From Callorhinchus milii (Eukaryota): a DNA stretch of 64,000 nt. Every line of letters begins with the position of its first letter. Positions within the stretch are counted from its first letter, which is position 1. This document shows positions 38,401-50,400 of this stretch, one piece after another. Below the pieces are notes generated by a model, which saw nothing but the letters and a program-made list of their open reading frames with translations, was not told where the DNA came from and searched no databases. The DNA lies in the NCBI RefSeq assembly GCF_018977255.1, contig NW_024704742.1, positions 136,526,001-136,590,000 on the forward strand, given 5' to 3'. Both the position numbers and the translations under genes were made by a program.

Positions 38401-41400
38401 CCCCCCACACAAGCACTCTTCATACCCACACAAAAAAAAATTCGGAATCACAAGCACCGCACGCACACACAATTTCTCTCATCCCCCACCTCCCCCGAAC
38501 CCGCACATAATTCTGGTTACGTACATTTTGATTACCAACTGTTTGCCGTCACGAGTGGTGCCGTGGAATCTGACGGAGAGTTTGGGTCTTGGGTCAGACA
38601 GGGGGGCCGAGCCGAAGGGGTGCATTTTCAGCTGGTAATGATACACTGATAGAGAGAGAGGGAGAGAGTTAAGAGGCACAGCAACAACAACAACGTATAT
38701 TTACACAGCAGCTTTCACGTCGGGAGGACGTCCCAAGGCGCTGGACAGTCAGAGATTTGGACCCGAGCTGAGGGTTGGGAGTAGGAGGGATGGAGGGCAG
38801 AGAGGGTTGAAGGATACAGTCAAAGAGGAGGGTCTTGAGATGTGCTTGGAAAGAACCAAGGAGGGAGCGAGGTGAAGGGGATGGGGATGGAGTTCCAAAG
38901 CTGATGGCCTGACCGCCGATGGTGGAGCAGGATGGAGCTCACTGAGTGGAGGGCACGGATAGAGTTAGGGGCGAGAGCATTAGCTGCAGCCTGAGCCAGA
39001 CATTACCTCTGAAGGGCATGTCAGCCCTGGTCTTCAGGTACATGGGTGCCTTGGGTTTGTTGCGGACGCGGTTGACGTTGTAGCCCAGCTTGTTGCAGCG
39101 GTTCTTTCGGCAGCTCAGACACAGGCCCTTCTCAAAGGTGTCGGTGTCTGAGCAGCGATACGCCAGGCTGGTCTTGTCCTGGTTCAGCAGAGAGTCGACA
39201 AACAGCTTGACCGAACGCACATGCTCACAATGCACCACATCCCACAGCTCTGCCGCCATGCACGAGAGAGAGAGAGAGAAAATTCCAGTGAGTCCCAGCC
39301 TTAACTGTCATTTATTTCAATGGGTTAATCAACCACAGCCAATACAGATCTGTTAAAGGCAAATCATAGAATAATACAGCACAGATGGAGGCCATTTGGT
39401 CCATTGTGCCTGTGCCAGGTCTTCGAAAGAGCTACCAACTGGCCCCACTCCACCACTCTTACCCTATAGACTTAATCCATCTACACAACATCAACCCACT
39501 CAATCAAGTTTATTAGTCATTTGAGGCCAAAGGGCCGATTGGCTTCCATCTGTGCTGTAATATTCTATAAATTTACCTTTAACAGATTGCCGTGTTGGCA
39601 GTGATTGATTAACCCATTAACCGAGGCCTCCTACTGTACTGTAAGATTCTATTATTCATCATCCTCCCATTCCCGGCCCCCGCCCCAGTGTTGTGAAGAG
39701 CCCGTTGTAGCGACAAGATAAATATTTGCTGGCAACGAAGAACGCTGACCAATATTTCACGTGTCCCCCCACACACTGAAACTCCCACTTCCCCCAACCT
39801 AACTCCTGCTGTGGGACACTTCAGTGCACACTTGGCTACCACGTTTCACCAACGAAATACACAGTCAATTCACTTTACAGTAGATTCCGTGAAGCGCTTT
39901 GAGACGTCTCGAAGACATGATGAGGCGCTGTATCAGATGCAAGGATTATTATTGTTATTATAATCTGAAGCACTTTGAGACGTCATTATTACTCATAAAA
40001 TTAACAGAAGTACTCACGCCCGAAGGAGATGGATTTCAGGACGTCCTGCAGACCACACCCGGGCTGGTAGCCCCCACCGTTGGGGTAAACGTCCACGTGG
40101 CCCACGGCCTCCTGGATGCCAATACTGACCCCCAGGGCGTTCTGCGAGAACGTGTGCAGGACGTCGACGAAGTCCGCGTCGTCAGGTGACAGGCGATTAT
40201 CTTCCGCAACCCCCTCAAACATGGGCCCAGCTGGGTCCAGCCCTGGAGAGAGAGAGAGAGGAAGAGTGATCAGTCGGATGCCTGACCCACAAGGAAACCC
40301 ATCGTCGTAAACGTCACCCACATATGCAAATTCTGAAATGGCAGCTCTCCCTGGAAAGACACACCTTGCTTACCTAATTTGGGAGAGTATTAGGCAGGTT
40401 GGCCACAGCCCAGCTTTGGCGGTGGAGCGTGTGTTGGATAACTGCTGGAGTCTGACCAGCTAACACTACGTAGCTTGCCACTGATACTGTTTGGCACGCT
40501 TTCCCGCTGCTTGTCTAGCTTGGCCCACCTTTGGAGCTTTGGCTTGCAGGGTTAACAGGAGCTGAGTGGGAAGAATCCCTACCCCCAGTGGCTGGTCTGC
40601 CTTTCCAAGCCCTATTCATGAGCCAGGCCGGGCTAGTGTATATATATATATATATCTCAGCCGTGCCCTGGAATACTGCGGACCTGCATAGCTCAAGAAC
40701 TGGACGATGTAACTGGACATGCTGCTGCCAAACACGTCTTGAAACCAGTTCAGCTCCAAGGAAACCGCACTTACCTTCCCTTCCCCCACTTTACTAATCC
40801 AAGTCCTGATCACACAACCTCCTCAGACTCAGAGGCGAGAGTGCTACCTGGCTGAGCCAGCCTGACACACTGTTATTACAGACTAATGATTATTATTATG
40901 TGATTAAAGTTAAAATCACGCGTTAGAGGTCATTTCTAACTGGTTTTCGGTGAGGAGTCAGCCAGCAATAACACTGCCACGTTACACGTGAATCGATATC
41001 ACTTTTCTTAGTATGTTTGAACTTCCTAAAGCAGTTACTTGGTATTTTGTCAAGCCATCGGAATAGTCTTATTAATGCTCCCAGTTCCACCCATGATTAT
41101 AGAAACTAATTTGTTGATCAATATAGTTCCTAATTTTTCTCTCGTTCATTTATTACGTTGTAATCCCTTGGGATAGCCACAACAATAATGTGTGGACGTA
41201 CAATCTATTTGATTTTTTCTGATAATATTATAGTAACAATGATAATCCTTTTGTATAGCGCCTTATGACATCTTTGAAACGTCTCAAAGGGCATCACAGA
41301 ATATATATTGTGAAGTGGATTGACTGTGTATTTGTGGGCGAAACATGGCAGTTGTCCCACAAACAGTCTCGATTGAGCAACCACATTATTATTTTATATA

Positions 41401-44400
41401 CCTATTTCTTTAAGAGATTATTACCCCCAAAAAGCGATCAACAATTGACTAACAACCGAGTTCCTACTTACTGCTGGGTAAGAGGTGTGCGGAGTAAGTA
41501 AATTTGCCCAAGGTTTCGCCCTGCCAGGGAATCAAACCCATGTCCTTTTGCTGGCGAGTCAAACGCTCTAACCAATAGGAGTCCTGTAGCTCAGCAATTG
41601 CCTCGCAAGCGAGAGACCTGGGTTCGATTCCCGGCAGGGCGAAACCTTGGGCAAGTTTCTTTACTCCAACGCCTGATAATAATCCCTCAAGAAAAAAAAG
41701 AAACAATAATAAAATTGTTCACTTCAATCCGCGACTGTTTGTAGGACGCTGTTGTGCGCAATTGGCTGCCGTGTTTCACCCAATGCAATAATTATTATTA
41801 TGATGATGATACAGGACTCAACATCTGGTTTGTTATAGCTGATTATCTTGCCTGTATGTACTTGTCATTAATTATTATTATTAGTAAGCACTGGGAGCAC
41901 AGACATGATGGGATGAACAGACTCCCTGCACATTGCCACGAGAGAACAAGGGGAGGAGGTCGAAGGAAATTAAAATGTTTAGGAGTTTTTCCTCATGCCC
42001 GATGCTCTTACCGGTGATCCGGCCGATTTTCCCGGCTCTCTGCTGCAATGCCCCACCGGCAAAACCGGCGACGTGGGCTCCCAGGCTGTACCCGATCAAG
42101 TGGACCTTGTGCAGGGGCAGCTCTGACATCACCTGCACAACAGGGTTTACACTTACGTTCTTCCCTCAACACCTCTCCCCTCCACCCCCCCCAAACCCTC
42201 CACGACAACCCCTACCCCCACCTCCAGTTCCGGCCCTTCCCTCTCCAAAACCACCCACCCTATAGCCGCCCACCCGCCCACCAAGAGCCAGTTCCTCCTC
42301 CTCCTCCCACCCACCCCACAGAGCCATCCCCTCCTCTTGTTGACCCCTACCCCACCTTCCCCCAGAGCAGGCAACCCTCCCCCAACACACACGCCCTACT
42401 CTCCAGAGCCAGCCCCATCCCCCTAGAATTGGCCCCTCCCCCCAGAGTCAGCCCCATCCCCCCCAGAGTCAGCCCCACACCCCCAGAGCCAGTTCCACCC
42501 CTCCCAGAGCCACCCACTCAATCTGGCCCCTGCCCCATGATCCGACCTCTCCGCCACCCTCTTCCGCGCCAACCCAGACCTGAGCACCCGGCTCCCTTTC
42601 CCCGAAACTGCTTTGGCATGCAGCGAGCTGGTGGAGGCGGGCGAGGACGGGGAGGGAGGGGGGAACGAGGATAATAGCCGAGCTGGATGTTGGGGCCAGT
42701 GATGCCAGCCTGAGGGTTTACCTGGAGCCACTCCACCATCTTGCCGATCTCCGTGCCCACACGCCGGGTATTGTTGGCCGCGGTGATGTAAGTCTGGTGA
42801 GCGCTCATCAGCCAGTCCACCACAATCACATTGGAGCCCTCCTCTCGGTCCCCCAGTGCCTTGGCCATATCCGCAATCCAGCTCTCAAACAACCCAGTCG
42901 TCTGTGAAGACATTATAATAATTATTAATAATAATCCTTGCATTTGATATGGCGTCTTATCTCGTTGTCCAGACAACAACAACAAATTACATTTGTACAG
43001 CTCCTTTCAAGTCGGGAGGACGTCCCAAGGCACCAAACAGCCTGGGGGCGGAGAGGGAGGGAGCATGAACGAAGACACGGTGGAAGAGGAGGTTCTTGAG
43101 ATGGGCCTTGAAGGGAGGGAGCGAGGTAAAGGGAATATGGGGTAGAGGTCCAGAGGGTGGGACCGGTCGGGCAGGGGATGTGAAGCAGAGGGAGCTGATG
43201 TCTCAAAGCGCATCCCAGAATATATTGTAAAGTGAATTGACTGTTTATTGTGTTGGTAGCCAATTGCACACGGCAGCGTCCCACAAACAATCGAGCATTG
43301 AGTGACTACATTTTTTTTTAAATATATTTTTTTAAGCGATTATTACCCCGGAAAGCGATCACCAATTGACTTAACAACCGGGTTCCTACATACTGCTGGG
43401 TAAACAGAGGCGTGTGGAGTACAGAAACTTGCCTGGAGTTTGGCCCTGCCTGGGAATTGAACCCAGGTCCTCTCGCTTGCGAGGCAAGTGCTCTAACCAA
43501 TTTCAACCACGAACTACAGTCAATTCACTTTACAATATAACCTGTGAAGTGCTTTGAGACATCTCAATGACGTAATAAGGCACTTTATCAAATGCAAGGA
43601 TTTTTATTATTACTATAGGACTCTTAACGCTCTCTCCTTTTCTCTCACTATCTCGGGGACGATGAGAAGAGCAGAGTGGTTTGACTCCTCCTCTACATTA
43701 CATTTCAGCGGTTCCTCATCGATTGGGATGGATGCAATCGCTACTCACCGTCCAGCCGTGGATGATGAGGAAGGTTTTGGAATCCTTTTTGAAGTTACAC
43801 TCTTCCAGGCTCTTGCCCACCCCTGGCCTGAGGTCACACTCCTTCGGGCCTGACTTGTCAGAGACGCTGAGTTTGAATTTTGTCTGAATGTCGCTGTAGT
43901 TCATAGTCACCTCATCATTGGAGGGCCCCTTAGCTACAATAAGAGACACCGGAGGTCAGGTCACACACCCGAACACCACGTACAAAGTCTACATGAAATT
44001 GAAGGAAAATATTATTAATAATACTTGCATGTTAATCACAATAATAATCCTTGCATTTGACATTGGACCTTATCACATCTTCGAGATGCCTCAAAGCACT
44101 TCACAGATTATATTGTAAGGTGAATTGACTGTATATTTTGTGGGCGAAATGTGGCAACCAATTGCGCACGGCAGATTTTTTTAACTACTAGGTAAACATA
44201 GGCATGTGGAGAAAGGAAACTTGCCCAAAGTTTCGTCCTGTTTGGGAATCAAATCCAGGTCCTCTCCCTTGCGAAGCAAGTGCTCTAACTGTTTTTATTG
44301 CAACCGGGGGTAATAATTCCTTCCTCTCCAAAAATAAATAATAAATAATAATTTAGTCAAGCAATCTAAGACTGTCTATGTCTCAATCACATTATAAGAC

Positions 44401-47400
44401 GGTATATCAAATGCAAGGATTATTATTTAACATAGCACCTTATCAGGTTGTTAAGAGGTCTCAAAGCGCTTCACAGAATATATTGTAAAGTGAATTGACT
44501 GTGTATTTTGTGGGCGAAACGCGGCAGCCGACTGCACACAGCAGTGTCCCACAAACAGTCGTGGATTGAGTGACCAAATTATTATTTACGGAAGGATTAT
44601 TACCTCTGGAAAGCAATCCGCCAATCAACTAACAATCATGTTTCTACTTACTGCTTAGGTAAATAGAGGAAACAGAGGAAATTTGCCTACGGTTTCATCC
44701 TGTCCAGGAATCGAACACACCGCTTGCGCGGGGAACTCGCTAACCACTACACAACACCATTCAACAACCTGAAAATGACTCCCCCCGCCTTCCCCCCCCT
44801 TCCCCCGCTTCTTTGTGTGTGTCTCTGGCTGGCCTTTATCAGCCAAGGTTGTGTGTTGACTACAGAGAGTAACTGATCACCACAGTAAGTTGTGGTAGCC
44901 AGTTGCTCTAAAGAAAGAGAGTATTTTTATTTCACGTTAAAACTACTCAAAATGCTCTCCAGCTCTTCCAGTTTTAGTGTAATGGCTGCTTTCGTCCCCT
45001 CACATGTACCCATGAGTGAAAGGCCAATCCTATCTACATATTTCTGCATATTTTATCCACAGAGTCCACTTTACAGTATATTCTGTGAAGCGTTTTGAGA
45101 CATCTTGAAGATGTGATAAGGCGCTATATCAAATCCAAGGATTATTTATATTTCTATCTAGAACATTATCAGCCACGAGACTGGGAAATTTAACATCCAC
45201 CTAAACAAACAGGACCTCGATTTATCTGAAGGATGGCAGTGCAGCATTTCGCAGGAATTACTGTAATGTGTAGTGACAGTGTATTTGTAAGTAAAAAAGG
45301 CAACCAATTTGCGCACAGCAATGTCCCACAAACAACCGGGAGAAGAGAAACCCTCTTCTCTTTTCCACTAGTCCACTCTTTTAACATTCTCCTGAACAGG
45401 ACCTCGGTTTAATGTCTCATAAAAAGAATAGCTCCTCAAGCACCGCAAGGGACGGAAACAAAAGTGATAATAATATTGGACTGAGACAGCAAGAAACACT
45501 TTCAATTTCAGGTCCGGATATCCTTGACCAAATGCTTTATCTCAGCTGCGGTTACACTGAAATTAAATAATTTCTTTCAACAACTATTTTAAAGAACAAT
45601 TCGTTGGGGAAATCACAAAGTGAAAGCAGGTACTGATTGCACAGTTTCTATTACATTGATAAGAGAGATAATAGTTTGATAATAGTTACTGGAGCTAATT
45701 CACCCACGCTTAGAAAGAGGAATCCTGTAGCATAGCGGTTAGAGAAAAGCGAGATTTGATTCCCGGGAGGGGTGGAATCTTAGGCAAGTTTCTTTACTCC
45801 ACACACCTCTGTTTACCAAGCAGTAAGTAGAGTGTTAATCGAATTGACTGAGGGGTAATAATACCTTCAACAAAATAAATAAAAATTTGGTCACTCAGTT
45901 GGGTGAGACATTGCTGTTGGCTGCCACGTTTCGTCCAGAAAATATGCAGTCAATCCATTTTACAATATGTGAAGCTCTTTGAGACGGTTTAAAGACGTGA
46001 TTAATAGTCAATCTAGTCCCAGATGAAATCCTTCAGATGAGATGTTAAACCGAGTTCCAGTCTGCCTGTTCCGGTGGACATTAAAGATCCAATGGTACTA
46101 TTTGAAAAGAGAAGGGAGTTTATCTCTTCCGATCTCCTAGTTAACAATCCCCCAAATCAAATTGATTGCTCACTCCCTGGCTGTTTGTGGGCCAGTACTG
46201 TGCACAATTTTTCGGCCGCATTTCCCTACAAATACACTCACTCTATGTCACATTAAGCCCTGTGAAGCGCTTTGAAATGTCCTTCCAAGGTGATAAGGCA
46301 CGATATCACATGCAAGAATTATTATTATAATTCCAACACACTGAGGTTAGAAATCATGGAAATATTCAGCACAGCAGATGGCCATTCGGCCCATCATGTC
46401 CGTGCCGGCTCTTTGAAAAGAGCTATCCAAATCAATCCCACTCCCCCGCGCTCTCCCCATAGCCCTGCAAACTTGTCCTCCCCAAATAGTTATCTACTTA
46501 TCTCTCAAAAGTTGTTATTGATCGGCTTCCATAAACATTTGAAACAATGCATTCCAGATCCAAATAACTCCTCACCTCCCCTGCTTCTTTTAACAACTAT
46601 CTTAAATCGGTGCCCTCGGGTTATCGACCCACCCGCCAGTGGGAGTAGTTTCTCCTTGTTCACCCTATCAAATCCCCTCATCATTTTGAAAACTTCTATT
46701 AAGTCTCCCCTTAATCTTCTCTGCTCCAAGGAGAATAATCCTAGCTTCTCTACCTCTCCTGATAACTGAAGTCCCTCATTCCTGGCACCATCCTGGTCAA
46801 TCTCCTTTGCACCCTCTCCAATGCTTTGACATCCTTCCTAAAGTGTGAGGGCCCGAACTGAACACAGTCTGTAGCTGAGGCCTAACCAGTATTTTATAAA
46901 GGTTCATTCTAAGATTTTTTCCCATTCCCCCACTCAAGACATCTGCATTTCCTCATAGGAACATAGGAATTACTGGACAAAGAAAGACCAAGCTCCATCT
47001 AGTTCGCCTTCTACCATCCTGGTAGTCGCTTTCTACAATAATGGAAATGTTCATAGCAATAGCCCACAAATATACAGTCAACTTTACAGTCTATTCTGTC
47101 AAGCGCTTTGAAGACGTGAAAAGCACTATATCAAATGCAAGGATTATTATATATTATAATTAATCCTGTACGGATTTGTGTACAGCAGAGTGGAAAGCTA
47201 CGGGAACTTTTATTCAAGGTTGCCTGGTTCTTCCAAACATGCCATTCAAATTACTCATATACTGTAATCCCAAATATTGTTTTTTAATTTGTTCCTCAAA
47301 TCTTAACAAAACAAGTCTTGGAGGTGGGGGAGGGGATGGGGAGGCTGGAGCGAAGTAGAGAAGGATAAATCACGGAGTCTTAACACATAGGAAACAACTC

Positions 47401-50400
47401 CTATTCCCAGCCCAACCCGGAGGGGCGGTCATTGTCACCGAAATCCCTACACAATAAAGTGGGATTAGGTGGGCTGCGGGACAGGATGCCTGGGAGGGAA
47501 GTGTTTTCTCCTACACGATTGGGGGTGGGAGAGACAGAGGTAGGTTTGGGGAGGTAACGATCAACTGAACTGCAGTCGTGGTTCGTTTGATATCCTAAGA
47601 AACGTTTTGCCTTTTTTTAAAAAAAATTCAAGACAAGTAACACTTTACATTAAGAGCATAAGAATTTGCTGCCAAAAGAAGACCAAAGTCCATCCAGTTC
47701 ACCTTCGACCATCCCGGCAGTCGCTTGACATGTCATGTGTCCGAAACTATAGATTGTCATGAGTTAAAATCCTGTACAGCACTTGGAAACGTTTCAGCAA
47801 AATGACAAGGCATTATTATGAAATAAGACTGAAACTTAAAATATTTAAGAAGCTCATCGTCAAGATGGGTTGTTAAACCAACTTCCTGTTCAGATGGATG
47901 GTAAATGGCCTACAGCGTTGATGGATAAGCGAAGGGAGTTTCTCTTGGTGTTTGGCCAACAATCACAGTTCCAAAAACTTTCACTTCCTGATTGTTTTTT
48001 GCTGTGTGCAACAAATACTACACCGAAAAGCTATTCAGTCTACACTGGCACTGCTAATAGAGCGCTGGGGGAACGATGTATTGTCAGAGGTTGTGAAGTC
48101 CTTTGGATGACAAACTGAGATTCCGTCCTTCTGTTCTGGTGGACATTAAACTTCCCGTGGTACTATTGGCTGTCGCATTCAAATGTAGTCGCTATACTTT
48201 ACAAGTAAATCCTGTGAAGCACTTAGATGACATGACAAGGCACGATATGAACTATAGGATTATTATTCCAGGCTAGTTTTGCTCACTGAACTGCCCACCT
48301 CTTCCCTCCACTCTGAACTCTGCAGCTTCTTGTCCTTTCCCACAGGCCTATCACCACCATCCTCACCCGGCTCCAATGGCTCCCCATCCCCCAGCAGATC
48401 AAGTTCAAGATTCTCGTTCTAACCTTTAATTACCTCCTCGGGCTTGCCTTTGACTTGCCCCCTTCCTTTGCCCCCTTCAAGGTCTGTCTCAAGACCTTCC
48501 TCTTTGCCCGCACTTTCAGGCACCTCCTCCCCCCCAGCTCGGGTGCAAACCCTGGACTGTCCTGCCCCTTTGAGACGTCCTCCCAAAGGGTGGGTGTGTA
48601 CAGTGAATGATTGTCTGCCGGGGTTTGCCCACAAAATGCAGTCAATCCATGTTACAATATATTTGTGAAGTTCTTTGAGACGTCTCAACGATATAAGGCG
48701 CTAGATCAAATGCAAGCATTATCATTATTATATTACTAGCTGTACCTGTTGCAGATACACTTGCAAACAAAGGATCCAATATGAATTGTAGATTTCAGTG
48801 ATACCATCACAAACCATTTAACATGCGATAAACACTGTGTGTACACCTTAAGCAAACATGTGCGATGAGCTTGTTTGGGTCATAGCTTATGAACGATAGA
48901 AGATCCTATCAAAGCTACGTGAACCGAACGTGGTTTACTGCGTGATCCGGCAGGTCCTCGAGTTATTGCAAGGCTTCCGTGAAGACGACATTTGCGGTTT
49001 TTCCTCCTTCGGTCATGAAGTACAGGTTTTGAGATGTAGCCACACATGAGCAGCCAATATAGAATTGTCCACGGGAAAAGCAAGCGATATTCAAGAAAAG
49101 GCCAACAACCTTTAAGCTCTGCCCCTTGTGCCTTGTTAATTGACATGGCAAAGCACATTTGAACAGGGAATTGGAATCTTTTGAACTCAAACGGGTAGTC
49201 ACTTGCGAGCAGTGGGATGCGAGGAATGAATACATCTTCCCCTTTGAACTGACCAGTCAGAAACAGTTGCTTCTACAACATGCGGCATCAACTGCTTCAC
49301 CACCAACCTTGTGCCGTTGCATAGCTTCGGTGCATCTAGATTCCTCAGCAGCATGATTATGCATCGAAGCTTCAGTACGGGTTTGTGTGCAGTCATGCTG
49401 GATGGTTCCAAAGAGTTTAAACACTCAGTTGGATAGTTGACAGCATTTTCGACGTCACGAACAGTATCTAATCGACTAATACACAGTTTCTTGGCCAGGG
49501 GTGTCATTTAGTAGCCGGGAATTAATTTTGCTGGGAATTAATCTTGCTGGCAGACTCATTTTTTTTGAACAAGGATGGCTCGCTCAAACAGTCACTTATG
49601 ATTTACTTAGTTATGGCTGAGGTTCAGGAAAACTTTGTTTTGGAGTTCTGCTACATCTTGTTGATTCCACAACCTCGGAGGAATTTGCATTCGGCCATCT
49701 GCTGGATCCACTGGAATCTTGCCATCCCCAATTTCCAGAAGGTCGGCATATGTATTGCTCCAGATGTGAAACTGCCAGGAAGATGGACTTGCATGTTTGT
49801 TCTGAGACTCTTCTTTTCCCCACACGCCCACAGCCTGGAAGCCTTAAGAGTGGCATTGAGTTCATCAGCACGAGCACCACACTGTACGACCGCTAGTGTC
49901 TCCTGACAAGATAGATGTCATCCCTCCCATCATCTGGGCATTTTCCCTGATGTCCTGAAGTGTCCCGTCCAGAGACTCAAAGGCACGTGCGTGCGAGCTG
50001 GTGCGTTCATCCACCACAATGTTTTTCAGTCCTTGTTCAATGTAGTCGCGGAATATATTAATATAGTATCTCTCTAGAAGTGTGTGTGTGCTTTCCTCTG
50101 ACGCCACTTTGTTGTAGAACACCCCGCATACATTTTGGGGTGGGGGGGGCTCAATTAAAGTATTTCTTGGAATATATATTTTTTAATATAACTCATCAAT
50201 ATAGATCCCTGAAAATATGCCCATGTCTCTCCCCCTTGCAAGACCTTTCCGATGAGGTATAAATCATGCCTTGTCAATAGGTTTATTGCGTTCTTGGTGG
50301 ACAGAGACACACACACACACCACACACACAGACACACGTTTCATCTTTATTAGATATTACACATGCGTAGTGGATCCAGATTTCCTTGTTGACATTATGG

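Noticed and set aside
42048..42674. 208-aa proline-rich plus-strand ORF
   Set aside because: Antisense to lipase exon 4/intron 3, through C-rich low-complexity sequence.
48880..50122. Host PIF1 helicase gene or pseudogene
   Set aside because: Intronless, frameshifted and enclosed by Helitron termini.
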